From Octopus bimaculoides (lineage: Eukaryota): 64,000 bases of DNA. This document shows positions 13,366 through 26,365 of this stretch, piece after piece. The position numbers and the translations under genes were made by a program. The number at the start of each line of letters is the position of its first letter. Position 1 is the stretch's first letter. Below the pieces are notes generated by a model, which did not search any database, was not told where the DNA came from, and saw nothing but the letters and a program-made list of their open reading frames with translations. Location: NCBI RefSeq assembly GCF_001194135.2, contig NC_068987.1, forward strand, positions 2,058,074-2,122,073, in the 5' to 3' direction.

Positions 13366-13618
13366 GGTTAAGTGTATCTAATGTTTGTAAAGGGTTATGT
13401 GGATCCTAATATGATTGTAGTTAAGTAGGGACGATTTTTATGTGGACCTTTTGTTTTCGACCTGTCTTCGATTTAATTATGGTGACTAGTTTTAGCGAAT
13501 AGAATTTTCTGCCTGGTGACTATTAATATAGGAAATACTGTTTTTTTATGAGCGGTGTTAAATAGAGTAATTATTGTGCAGGGAAACATTAGGTTGTGTG
13601 TTTGTGGCCTACACACTG

Positions 13619-13697
<79 letters not shown>

Positions 13698-13924
13698 CAC
13701 AATATGAATACACACTCATATGCATAAAGGCATGCGTATATACATTGTAAATATATATTCATTTTACCCGCACTTTCCATAGTCTCTGCAGTTCAATGGC
13801 TAGGTCCTGGTACTTTGCTATTTTTTCTATACTTCACATATTAATTTTTTCATCCTTTGGGACTGTAAAGTCAATTATCTGGCACTCTTTATTCTCAATT
13901 ATCTGGTACTATTCTATTCTCGCG

Positions 13925-14577
13925 CATCTTGTATTTTTTACTTTCTAGTACTTACTTTCTAGTACTTACTTTCTAGTACTTTACTAGGTTAACGTTCATA
14001 CCATTTATCAGTATGTTAAAATCCTAGCTTTCTACATAGCTGATGTGGATTACTCTCCCTAGATTGTCATGTTTTTTCTTGTATCCTTTCTGTGCCAGCA
14101 TGATACATTCATTGACTATATGAGTAACGCTCTGCTCTTTTGATTTGCATAATCTAAATTGGGAATCTACTTGGCTTTTTAGTCCTTAATGCTTGATCCT
14201 GTGCAGTTACTAACAAACTTTCTGTCTTCCTCTTCAGCTTTTCTTTCTGCTACCATAGCCATGTCTCACTACTACTATTTACTGCAACTATCTTTGGGAA
14301 TCTACCATGCAACACCTTCTCCAGCCAGTCACATAATTTCTGTTCTTTTTTCTGGTTCTTAACTTCGTTTGAGTTTTTGGTTTGCCTACGTCTTGCTGTG
14401 ACTGAAGCGGCTCTTAATAAACCTACTTCACTATTACCTACATAGGGGTCTATATCTACTCCGGCTAACACCACGCAGTTATCTAATGATATCAACCCTC
14501 TTCCACTTTCTTTTCGGGGTAGGTATAATCTTGATAATCCTTCCTGCCCTCGGGTGGAGTCCTGCATTCATATTCTT
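13925..14577 (-). mobile_element. Decayed R4/Dong-clade non-LTR retrotransposon (post-RT region and CCHC knuckle)
   Basis: With frameshifts and stops it translates to GLHPRA..SRLYLPRKESGRGL, WLEKVLHGRF, TESLLVTAQDQALRT, RLCKSKEQSVTHIVNECIMLAQKGYKKKHDNLGRVIH, LCRKLGF..DKWYE. This motif order is typical of R4/Dong RLE-type LINEs. Confidence 0.85.
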
Positions 14578-14690
14578 GTAACTTAGAGGTTCGGCAAAAA
14601 AAAAAAAACTAATAGGTAATTTACAGGTTGAAGACGGTGCCCCAGTAGGACCGCAGTTCAATGACTGAAATAAGTAAAAGATAAAACAGA
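14577..14690 (+). mobile_element. SINE family B tail abutting the R4/Dong remnant
   Basis: gtaacttagaggttcggcaaaa...ccccagtaggaccgcagttcaatgactgaaataagtaaaaga. Confidence 0.75.
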
Positions 14691-16705
14691 GAATATACCG
14701 ACAGGGTTAAACATCGAAAAAAATAACAAATGAATTTTTAAAAAAACTCGAAATATTTCATGGCGAAGAAACAACTGAGCGAACCTGTTGAATGAAAAAT
14801 ATATTTACATAACGAGCGACTGTTTTCGAATCATTGTAACTGCACACACACACATACACACACACACTGACATATTCATATATAAATACATATATATATT
14901 ACATGCACACACACACACATATATATATACATACATATACATATATACACATATACTTTCACATATATAAGTATGAATGCATATGTATGCATGTGTATAT
15001 ATATGTGTGTATGTGTGTGCATGTGTGTGTGTGTATTGTATGTATTTACGTATGTATATACGTATATATGTGCTTATGTATGTATGACATTTTCTTACAG
15101 CCCCCCCCCCCATCACATTTAAATTCCCATCTAGCTTCTCTTACTTCCTCGTTCTTGGTTTATGTATTTGCCAGGATGTGGTTCCTTCATTTAGCGTCTG
15201 TTTCGTCTCTCCGCCTCTCCAATCTTTGCCAAATATCTCATGTGTGGGATTGAAAAGCAATAATTGCAGCGAACACCGAAGAAAGACACCATTGATACAA
15301 ACATAAAGGCGGTTTATTTCCGCCATTAAAACTGAGATTTCAATCATAAATCATTTTCCTCGTTTTGCTTACAAATGTAAATTTCAAATTCGGCTTTTGA
15401 ACCACCAATAAATAAATAAATAAAATAAATAAATAAATAATAATTAAATAAATAAATGAAAGACGTATTGTATATCTATATTCTTCCTTTAACTATTGGG
15501 TGTTATATCTGATCTTTATAAAAATTTGGTCAGAAAACAAACATGAGTTAGATACAATCTATCGGGAAGTGAGCTACGGGAAGAGTTGAAAAGAAGAGAA
15601 ATTCTTGGGGCTCGTTTAAGTAACCTAATACGATTCGGAACCGTTTAGAAGAAATAAAATATTTATAAAGACTAAATTATTTACGCAGATTTTCAAATTT
15701 AAAATGAGAACTGTTACGTAATATTATATAAGGTTTATTTGGATAGATTTGTTCCTCATTCTTTGCAAGAATTTCTGTCTAATCGCCACCAAAAGATCTT
15801 CCTGTTGTTGTGCTTCGTTTGTTTATGACAAGGCTTTAATTTTTAAAGACCCATTATGCAAATGATTTGGCAGAAAAGAGGTGTCAATAGAAAATAGAAT
15901 GTTAGATATACTATTTAAAAACAGAAACTATCTTCTGAATCTATAAAGCATATGTTGTGTAAGTGCTTGTCAATATTCTTTTATGAAACTTTTGCTTAAC
16001 GAGTTTCTTAATACCGACCTTGCAAAACTGAGGGCTATATAGCAGTTGACGGATCCTTATAATCTAGAAACGTTCGGTAAGGGATTTTTTTGTATGCTCA
16101 ACTAAACAATAATATTAATGAACTCCTAATACTGTTTAATTACAGCATTTAAGTCAACTGCAGTTATTTCAGATGTTGAAGACACTGGCAATCATTAATC
16201 TCCGTCTTGGTGGTCATTCTAGTTACTTGAAATAGCAATAAAATCTAATTTAAACCAACGAATGAAGGACAGATTGGATAATGTTGTTCTACAAACAGTG
16301 CGTCTGAGAAGCAGATGAGGTGGTCACAGTAGGACTCGCCTATCAGAAATCACTTGGAATTAAACAGCAACAGTAACCATAATATTAATCTCAAAAAGGC
16401 CTTAAATTTAAAGAAATTTACTATATTAGAAGCAAAAACTCAATTTAAAATCTAAAATATTACCACATTTCAAATTTATAATAAGGACAATTGGAAGCAG
16501 TTTCAAGTTAGGTTGGGTTTATGGATTTGTGGGGAAGAGAAAATGTATTGTGAGGGTGCGAGATGATGAGATGATTGCGGTGGCTATATTGAGGAGTGGG
16601 TGAGCGATGGAGGACAGGAGTTGTTCCTAGTGGAGGCGGGGCGGGAAAGTACCAGTCATAACGTTTGGTGAAAAACAAGGTGTTGAGGAGTTGTCGAGGA
16701 GCACG

Positions 16706-16761
<56 letters not shown>

Positions 16762-17289
16762 NNNNNNNNNNNNNNNNNNNNNNNNNNNNNNNNNNNNNNN
16801 NNNNNNNNNNNNNNNNNNNNNNNNNNNNNNNNNNNNNNNNNNNNNNNNNNNNNNNNNNNNNNNNNNNNNNNNNNNNNNNNNNNNNNNNNNNNNNNNNNNN
16901 NNNNNNNNNNNNNNNNNNNNNNNNNNNNNNNNNNNNNNNNNNNNNNNNNNNNNNNNNNNNNNNNNNNNNNNNNNNNNNNNNNNNNNNNNNNNNNNNNNNN
17001 NNNNNNNNNNNNNNNNNNNNNNNNNNNNNNNNNNNNNNNNNNNNNNNNNNNNNNNNNNNNNNNNNNNNNNNNNNNNNNNNNNNNNNNNNNNNNNNNNNNN
17101 NNNNNNNNNNNNNNNNNNNNNNNNNNNNNNNNNNNNNNNNNNNNNNNNNNNNNNNNNNNNNNNNNNNNNNNNNNNNNNNNNNNNNNNNNNNNNNNNNNNN
17201 NNNNNNNNNNNNNNNNNNNNNNNNNNNNNNNNNNNNNNNNGGGGGGGGGGTGAGGGTTGGAGTAGTGTGTGCTGTCAGCATTTGATGTC

Positions 17290-17620
17290 GTCCTGTGAAG
17301 ATTCTGGAATAAAGATGAAGAAGTCTTTAAATTTCATGGACATGATTTAAGAAAGAACAGGAAAGAATGTTAACGAGAAGTCTACGAAAATGAATTGATT
17401 AGAAGCAGTGGAGTGGAAAACGAAGTTGTACAGGTGCGGCACAATAATAGGAAGAAAGAACAGATTAAAATATTTCATGAAGAATTCTGTTAATCTCTGT
17501 GAAACGGTTCCAATGTGAAAGTATCTTTGACAGAACCATAGTGATGGAGATGAAACGGACCAATTGGGTGTAACACAACAACACCACACAGCGTGCAGCG
17601 TTTAGGGAGGAAAAGGGGGG
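17290..17620 (-). mobile_element. Possible CR1/L2-like LINE 3' ORF2 remnant
   Basis: Minus frame SPSLWFCQRYFHIGTVSQRL and TSR*HSF resemble the SLxLFYRYFHG...RTxxYxxSF C-terminus of CR1/L2-group ORF2. Heavily decayed. Confidence 0.4.
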
Positions 17621-18394
17621 AAAGTAGCCGTTGTTTCAGAAGTCTGTCGAATTTTAGTGAAAGTCTTGAGAATTTAAATAAGATGCGTGTGTGCGTTCGG
17701 GCTGGCGCGCGTGTGTGTGAAATGAGATGGAGAGAGGAAAAGAGAAGAAACGACGGGATAGTTACACAATATAGGTGTTGATGATGAAGAAAGAGAAGAT
17801 AAACTAGAACCAAATGAGTAAGAGAGGGAATGAGTAAGAGAAGAGAGAGCTTATTTACGATCATAATTTCTATTAACATTGATGGTGGAGAAATGGATAT
17901 GTTAAAGAGATTTCAAAGCGAACTATTTTTCCACCGACATATCTTGATCGTTTGATGAAAATTGCTAAAAATTATTAGTTTTCCAACAAATTGTAAAGAG
18001 TTCCTTCATTAAAAGTCAATAGCACAAAAGAAAGTTACAAGAAAGCTGTGGACAAACAAGATTAATAACGAGATGAAAGTTAATCGGAACTTTGGTGAAG
18101 ACATCTAAGTTAATGTAAATGAAAATCGAAAAGCGTTAATAAATATACTTTCAATATTTAGGTGGCGACGAAGGTTTCAAAATAAACAACTTTTCATTTC
18201 ACTGGCCACAACAAGATATTTGAATATTATCATGTTCGGCTCGAGATTGACTTGTACTTAGTATTAAATCAATTATTTACGGGTTGTTGGGTGGCAGAAA
18301 TATTAGTATGAAAAAGGATTGATGTTAAGTTGCGCTCTTTTAGATTTTGAGGTTGCCAACATAAATTAATGTTATTCAATAATATTTTTTTTTA

Positions 18395-18603
18395 ATATTG
18401 GAACAAAACAAGCAGTTTTAGAAGGAGGAGTTTTGTCAGTTATACTGTACCCTAGTATTTCACTGGCACTTTATTTCGTCGACCCCCGAAAAGATAAAAG
18501 TCGAAGATGTCTGCGGTGGTATTTGAACTCAGAACGTAAAGAGCCGTATGCAATATGCCAAGCATTTCGTCCGATACGCTAGGGATTCTGTCAGCACGCT
18601 GCT
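18395..18603 (-). mobile_element. SINE family A, diverged
   Basis: atttgaactcagaacgtaaa and gcatttcgtccg...gattctgtcagcacgc match the family A head in reverse. Confidence 0.8.
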
Positions 18604-19335
18604 TTGATAATAAAGATTTCGCTTATTGGCCATAAGGACCTGAGACATTGAGGGTTACATCAAAAGATGTAATATAAGACAGAGAAAAAAAGGTAGGGTT
18701 TACGTTGATCAAAAGGGAAAAATAACAAAAACAAAGATTAGAAAAAATATATATGTAAAAGCAGAATTCAGAAAAATAAATAAGTAAAATCCCCCAGAGT
18801 GGGTGGGGCCGTACACACAGGACAACTCCGGTTAAAGAGCAAATAATAATAATAATAATAAATAACAGGCACTTTTTAAATAAGCAGTAAAGCAGAAATT
18901 TTATGGAAGGGAAACAGTCGATAATATGGAACGCAATTCGTAACTGGTAGGTAACCCTATAACAGGTACGATATCTTGCCGACCCTGGGATGATGGAACG
19001 AAAAGGCAGCCAAGAATCTACTCAAATATTTCTGCAATTATAATTATATAATTATATAATAATTATATAATAAAGAAAAAGAGATTGTATATACATTTGG
19101 AGTCGAAAAGGCTTATACTAAACTCCCGAAAAGTATTTTACAAAACATTTTAAATTAAAGGTAAAAATATCAATTTCTCGAAATCATCTCACATCTTGTT
19201 TACAATTATCGCCTGGCTTATATTTTCTTTATTCCACCCCCCACACACCAAAGAAATTTCGATAAATGCAGATTTTTATCATTTATAGGATTCAATAAAC
19301 CACCATTAAGTTGGTTCGGATAATCACCTTTATGG

Positions 19336-19392
<57 letters not shown>

Positions 19393-20132
19393 GTGTGTGT
19401 GTGTGTGTATGTGTGTGTGTGTGTGCGTGTGCCTGTTTGTGTCTGTGTATACATACATATACGTGTCTCGACGACAATATAAGTTCGTGCGTCAGATTCT
19501 ATGCCTAAATGTGTATGTATGTGAACACATATGTATGTGTGTACGTATGTTTACACACGTATATATGTATATATTTATATATGCTTATATATGCGTATAT
19601 GTATGCTTATATATGTGTGTGTGTATATATACACACACATACATACGTACATATATATATATATGTATATATATATATACATATGTATATATATGTATGC
19701 ATATCTATATATATGTATATATATATATATTCTAGCCACACACACACACACATGCAAACGTTATCTCCTACCTCTGGGAATATTATCAAAGACATTTGAT
19801 TAAACAGTTGCAGTTGAAACTGAACAACAGACAAGAACTGCATGTCGTTAATTAGTTAATATATAATCAGTGATACTGCACCCCCAACACCAAACCAGAG
19901 CAACGTAACCATTCTCTTCTACTTAGGCTCCGACTGTTTTATAAACGAAATATTGCAGACAAATGGTTCAAGTAGAAACGGTTGTTTGCGCCTTTACATT
20001 CTTTTATTTCTAAGTTATGTTTTGGTGACTTTCTTAATCAACGGAAACTGTTTCACAAAGATTCTCATGAAATACAGGACACTGTCATACATACACATAC
20101 ACATAAATACATACATATCTACGTATATTTAC

Positions 20133-20176
<44 letters not shown>

Positions 20177-21890
20177 CTTTTATNNNNNNNNNNNNNNNNN
20201 NNNNNNNNNNNNNNNNNNNNNNNNNNNNNNNNNNNNNNNNNNNNNNNNNNNNNNNNNNNNNNNNNNNNNNNNNNNNNNNNNNNNNNNNNNNNNNNNNNNN
20301 NNNNNNNNNNNNNNNNNNNNNNNNNNNNNNNNNNNNNNNNNNNNNNNNNNNNNNNNNNNNNNNNNNNNNNNNNNNNNNNNNNNNNNNNNNNNNNNNNNNN
20401 NNNNNNNNNNNNNNNNNNNNNNNNNNNNNNNNNNNNNNNNNNNNNNNNNNNNNNNNNNNNNNNNNNNNNNNNNNNNNNNNNNNNNNNNNNNNNNNNNNNN
20501 NNNNNNNNNNNNNNNNNNNNNNNNNNNNNNNNNNNNNNNNNNNNNNNNNNNNNNNNNNNNNNNNNNNNNNNNNNNNNNNNNNNNNNNNNNNNNNNNNNNN
20601 NNNNNNNNNNNNNNNNNNNNNNNNNNNNNNNNNNNNNNNNNNNNNNNNNNNNNNNNNNNNNNNNNNNNNNNNNNNNNNNNNNNNNNNNNNNNNNNNNNNN
20701 NNNNNNNNNNNNNNNNNNNNNNNNNNNNNNNNNNNNNNNNNNNNNNNNNNNNNNNNNNNNNNNNNNNNNNNNNNNNNNNNNNNNNNNNNNNNNNNNNNNN
20801 NNNNNNNNNNNNNNNNNNNNNNNNNNNNNNNNNNNNNNNNNNNNNNNNNNNNNNNNNNNNNNNNNNNNNNNNNNNNNNNNNNNNNNNNNNNNNNNNNNNN
20901 NNNNNNNNNNNNNNNNNNNNNNNNNNNNNNNNNNNNNNNNNNNNNNNNNNNNNNNNNNNNNNNNNNNNNNNNNNNNNNNNNNNNNNNNNNNNNNNNNNNN
21001 NNNNNNNNNNNNNNNNNNNNNNNNNNNNNNNNNNNNNNNNNNNNNNNNNNNNNNNNNNNNNNNNNNNNNNNNNNNNNNNNNNNNNNNNNNNNNNNNNNNN
21101 NNNNNNNNNNNNNNNNNNNNNNNNNNNNNNNNNNNNNNNNNNNNNNNNNNNNNNNNNNNNNATATACACACACATAAACCTACGTATGTATGCGTGTATG
21201 TATGTGTGTATGTCTGTCTACGCACGTGTGTATGTATATAATCGTGTAGTTATGTATGCTCTTTCGACTCTAAGTGATGTCACTTTACAAACCAAATTGT
21301 AAACATATAATCTGGTAAGAATTTAGTGAAGTTGCCACCCGTATATTTTGTCTGTTCGAATCTTCAGTTGCTAATGTCTAAACAATTAGCTGTTGTTTTG
21401 AGAATGGCCTTCTTCCTGACACTAATAGCTTACATCCCGGTACTTTCATCTCATGATAACACCAAGACACGCTTCTATAACTACCGAAGCTTTTACTAAC
21501 TGAAAATTCATTATGAAACTTATCTTGAACTTCTTTCAAATTTGATTACGTTCTCCTTTTCTCTACACGCTTAAATACGCAATGGAAATCTGGCTGGGCT
21601 GGGGGTACCAATGATGGCTGTGAAGTCGAGATTATTTGACTGTTACGAGGTGTGGGGTTCGATTTCACAGCGCAGTGAATTGAATGAATATAACTAGGCA
21701 CAGGATGAGGAAAATGTTGTAAGTTCACTGCAGTAGATAGAACCTGTGTAATAATATGTTGGACGGGGAACGAGGGGACGCGATGGCAGAAGCGTTAGCA
21801 CTGCGGACAAAATGCTCATCGGCATTTCGTTTGTCTGTACGTTCTGAGTTCAAATGGCGGTGGGAATGAAAATTTTTTTTTGTTTGGGTT

Positions 21891-22506
21891 TATTCATTTA
21901 TTTGTTTCAGCCATTTGACTGCGGCCATGCTGGAGCACCGCCTTTAGTTGATCAAATCGTCCCCAGCACTTATCCTTTGTAAACCTAGTACTTATTCTAT
22001 CGGTACTTTTTGCCGAACAACTACGTTACGAGGACGTAAACAGACCAACATCGGTTGTCAGGTGATGGTGAGGGGGGAGACAAACACATGCACGCATACA
22101 CACACACACATTATNNNNNNNNNNNNNNNNNNNNNNNNNNNNNNNNNNNNNNNNNNNNNNNNNNNNNNNNNNNNNNNNNNNNNNNNNNNNNNNNNNNNNN
22201 NNNNNNNNNNNNNNNNNNNNNNNNNNNNNNNNNNNNNNNNNNNNNNNNNNNNNNNNNNNNNNNNNNNNNNNNNNNNNNNNNNNNNNNNNNNNNNNNNNNN
22301 NNNNNNNNNNNNNNNNNATATATATATATATACATATATACGACGGGTTTCTTTCAGTTTCCGTCTACCAAATCCACTCACAAGGCTTTGGTCAGCTTGA
22401 GGCTATAGTTGAAGACACTCGCCTTCTGGTGCCACGCAGTGGGACTGAACCCGAAACCATGTGGTTGGTGAGCAAGCTACTTACCACACAACCACTCCTG
22501 CGCCTT
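21891..22506 (-). mobile_element. Full bipartite SINE family B with internal N gap
   Basis: Tail gactgcggccatgctggagcaccgcc at 21918; N gap 22115-22317 inside the microsatellite; head ...cagtgggactgaacccgaaaccatgtggttggtgagcaagctacttaccacac...cctgcgcc. Confidence 0.92.
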
Positions 22507-22769
22507 TTTGTGTATTTTTGTTTATTCATTTATTTATTGCTAGTAGATGTCATGGATATTACTACAAGTAGGGTCCCTTTAATGGAGTCTAATCTGTCAC
22601 AGTTATTCTGGTCATGTCTCCGGTCTGTGAATAACATCCTCTCCCTGAAAAGTGCCAAGAATGCTCGATCCCCTCCTCTGAATGAACCAGCGAGACACTC
22701 CAATACATACAAACACATTTGTCTAACGAATTTAGAATCCTCGTTTTTTTCTTCTTTTATTCTTTTACT

Positions 22770-22967
22770 TGTTTTAGTCATTTGACTGTAGCCATGCTGG
22801 AGCACCGCCTTTAATCGAACAAATAGACCCCAGGATTTATTCTTTGGAAGCCTAGTACTTATTCTATTATTGGTTCTCTATTAACGAACCGGTAAGTTAC
22901 AGGGACGAAAACACACCAACACCAGTTGTGAAGTGATGGTGAGGGGACAAATACAGACACACACACA

Positions 22968-23011
<44 letters not shown>
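22770..23011 (-). mobile_element. SINE family B tail followed by (CA)n and N gap
   Basis: gactgtagccatgctggagcaccgcctttaatcgaac...agttacagggacgaaaacacacc. Confidence 0.88.
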
Positions 23012-23999
23012 NNNNNNNNNNNNNNNNNNNNNNNNNNNNNNNNNNNNNNNNNNNNNNNNNNNNNNNNNNNNNNNNNNNNNNNNNNNNNNNNNNNNNNNNN
23101 NNNNNNNNNNNNNNNNNNNNNNNNNNNNNNNNNNNNNNNNNNNNNNNNNNNNNNNNNNNNNNNNNNNNNNNNNNNNNNNNNNNNNNNNNNNNNNNNNNNN
23201 NNNNNNNNNNNNNNNNNNNNNNNNNNNNNNNNNNNNNNNNNNNNNNNNNNNNNNNNNNNNNNNNNNNNNNNNNNNNNNNNNNNNNNNNNNNNNNNNNNNN
23301 NNNNNNNNNNNNNNNNNNNNNNNNNNNNNNNNNNNNNNNNNNNNNNNNNNNNNNNNNNNNNNNNNNNNNNNNNNNNNNNNNNNNNNNNNNNNNNNNNNNN
23401 NNNNNNNNNNNNNNNNNNNNNNNNNNNNNNNNNNNNNNNNNNNNNNNNNNNNNNNNNNNNNNNNNNNNNNNNNNNNNNNNNNNNNNNNNNNNNNNNNNNN
23501 NNNNNNNNNNNNNNNNNNNNNNNNNNNNNNNNNNNNNNNNNNNNNNNNNNNNNNNNNNNNNNNNNNNNNNNNNNNNNNNNNNNNNNNNNNNNNNNNNNNN
23601 NNNNNNNNNNNNNNNNNNNNNNNNNNNNNNNNNNNNNNNNNNNNNNNNNNNNNNNNNNNNNNNNNNNNNNNNNNNGTGCGTATGTTTGTTGTGTGTACGC
23701 GTGCGTGCGTTACTCATGTATGTGTGTTTCTCATTTCACAAAATTTACATAAATGAACGCTGATAAGCAATTTATCGACCAGATTAAACAGACCATTCAT
23801 CAAAATGATTCCAGTCGTGACCATCCTCTCTTTTTTATATTTTTACACACATACTGAACACATTTTGTTTTTCTTTTTTTTTTGGGGGGGGGGGATAGTA
23901 AGAAACGTTTTAAAGGAGATTTGGTTTCTATTTCTAATCTGTTCAGCGACCTTATGAAGACCCAGCTCGTTCACTTCTTGTTGTTGCTGTGTACTTTAA

Positions 24000-24375
24000 C
24001 ACAAACAACAACCAACACACAACTGCTGCAGCACAAACAATGACCACATCTCAATTATAACATAAACAACAATTACACCTCTACAGCAGCACAAACAACA
24101 GCCAGCACACAACGGTCAACTCATCTCTACAGTAACACAAACAACCACCACCACACCTCTACTACAACACAAACAATAATCACCACACCTCTACTACAAC
24201 GCAAACAACATCTACTACACCTCTGCTACAGCGCAAACAACAACACTTACACCTTCATTACAACACCACCCACAACAACCAGCGCGCAACAGTCAACACA
24301 CCTCTACTACAACACAAACAGCAACCAACACACCTCTACTACAACACAAACGACAACCACGACACCCCTCCACCA
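24000..24375. repeat. Degenerate 32-bp minisatellite (core acacctctactacaacacaaac)
   Basis: Units such as aacacacctctactacaacacaaacagcaacc counted as 32 nt; period is not a multiple of 3. Confidence 0.8.
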
Positions 24376-25050
24376 ATGGCCTAACCAACCCAACGATATT
24401 TAAATAGTTCTCTTCACACAATCCTTTTCGCCAGTCAAAAGATGTTTTTTGCGTTTCTTTTGTGTTCTTTTTTTCTCTCCCCATTGACTCGGTTCCTATT
24501 TATTCACGTGTCACATAGTTAGACGACCTATTGAATGTTAAATCTGATAAATATCCTCTCTGTTATTGAAGCAGGAAATTGTCATAAAACCTGTGTTAAA
24601 AATGTTTTCTTACAGTCAACAGCACAAAGTCACATCCCTAGAGAAAGCAGATAGCAGTGACAATAACTTTCTCTTGTTTTGCAAAACAATGTAGACGGAA
24701 ATATAAATAAGATAATATTTAAGCAACACTAAGCAAACACAGAACACAGCTATGGTTGTGTAGCTTAGCAGTTTTCTTGGTAGCTAGGTGGTTACTAGTT
24801 CAATTTCACTACACAGCACCTTAAGCCTGCGAAATCTAGATCAGTACCGGGTGGAACAGTCTTATGAGTTAAGTTTGGTAAATGGGAACAGAATGGGAGC
24901 ATGGAGGAAGAAACCTTTCTGTTTTGGGGTACTATATTCGCCAATATTAGTATTAATTCTTGGTCCTTGGATGTCTTTAGTGGACTTTGTTGTTGCAAGG
25001 ATTTGGGTCAACGTAAATATATGTATCGTATCAGGCCAATTACCCGACCC

Positions 25051-25175
25051 CTAGGACAATTACCCCCTTGCTTAATTACCCCTCGCCAATATATTAAGAA
25101 GTTTTAAATCATCATCTGTCATCCTCAGGGATAATTGTCTTTGGAAGGTTATTGTCCATGGGGCAAATGTCCTAG
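25051..25175. mobile_element. Small MITE-like element with GGACAATTACCCC-type terminal/subterminal repeats
   Basis: ctaggacaattacccc at left versus ggggcaaatgtcctag at right; internal copies aattacccc and gggataattgtc. Confidence 0.65.
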
Positions 25176-25220
25176 ACTAACATGTATATATACATGCATA
25201 CACCGAAAGAGACAACAGAA

Positions 25221-25257
<37 letters not shown>

Positions 25258-25311
25258 GTTTGTCGCCATTTCAATATGGCTGCTCCGTACGAACCGACGT
25301 TATTACAATGT

Positions 25312-25672
25312 TTAACCCCTAGAGGATGCTTCCTCTAGATGGTTATCGATGCAATTTGCACTCGAATTATATGCTAAGCAGGGGAGCGAACCTCTACCGT
25401 CTTCTAGCGACTTGACAAGACCAGTTGACAGTCCTGTTTTGGACTTTTTTTTTGCCCATCCTCAGTGCTGGGCACCTGTCTGGTAGAGATATCGATAGTT
25501 CTCTCCAGCGCACAGTATGGAGAAAAATAAGTGGCAATCAGTCACTGATCTTGCGACAAGTCTGCTGGTCAAATCGCTAGATGATAGTCTGAGTTCGCTC
25601 CCCTGTTGGCAATATATGTTGGGTGCAGATTGCATCGATAACCAGCTAGAGGAGGATTAATCTTAGGTTTAA
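25312..25672. mobile_element. Long-TIR foldback MITE flanked by TTAA (piggyBac-like ends)
   Basis: Arms of about 115-130 bp (ctagatggttatcgatgcaatttgcac...caggggagcgaac versus gttcgctcccctg...gtgcagattgcatcgataaccagctag); TTAA at 25312 and 25669. Confidence 0.75.
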
Positions 25673-25831
25673 AAATGGTAATAACGTCGGTTCCTACAGA
25701 ACAGTTATGCTAAAGTGGCGGCAACCATTGCTTCTCGGTATAGTTATTAGTTTCATCACTTTGCTTGTTATATATATGGAGAGAGAGGGAGAGAGAAAGA
25801 GAGAAAGAGAGCGAGAGGGAGATTCACACAC

Positions 25832-25873
<42 letters not shown>

Positions 25874-26330
25874 GTAGATAGATAGATTAACGTATGTTTG
25901 TGTGTATGTATATAAAAGCAAAAATGCATACCGTCGCATGCACATACATACATACACACACGCACATGCGTATGTTATATTTGCTTGTTTGTTTCTGTGT
26001 GTATGATTTTGTATGTTCGTTTATGAGTCTGTGTGTTTTGAGGATTTCCGCTCTGACGTAATAAATCTGATCATAGTGCAAATATTTGATTTCGAAAGAG
26101 AAAACAAAACAGTACAAAAGAAGAGTGGGTTTAAAGAGCGGCAATGTTTGATTTAGGCAAGAATGTAAGTTGGTGTCATAGATAGACGTTGGCACACCCA
26201 TAGCCGGCTCGCACAACAATGCCTCCGGAATTCGATAACTGTTCTGACACATTTTATAATCGCTAGCTTTTTTCTAGGCTGAGATGATTTATTTGAGCTA
26301 ATTCTTAAATATCAAACCCTTCCTTACATG

Positions 26331-26365
<35 letters not shown>

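Noticed and set aside
15547-15648. YNLSGSELREELKRREI resembling a SAP/LEM helix
   Set aside because: Short frame bounded by stops, no credible acceptor or donor, second helix signature missing.
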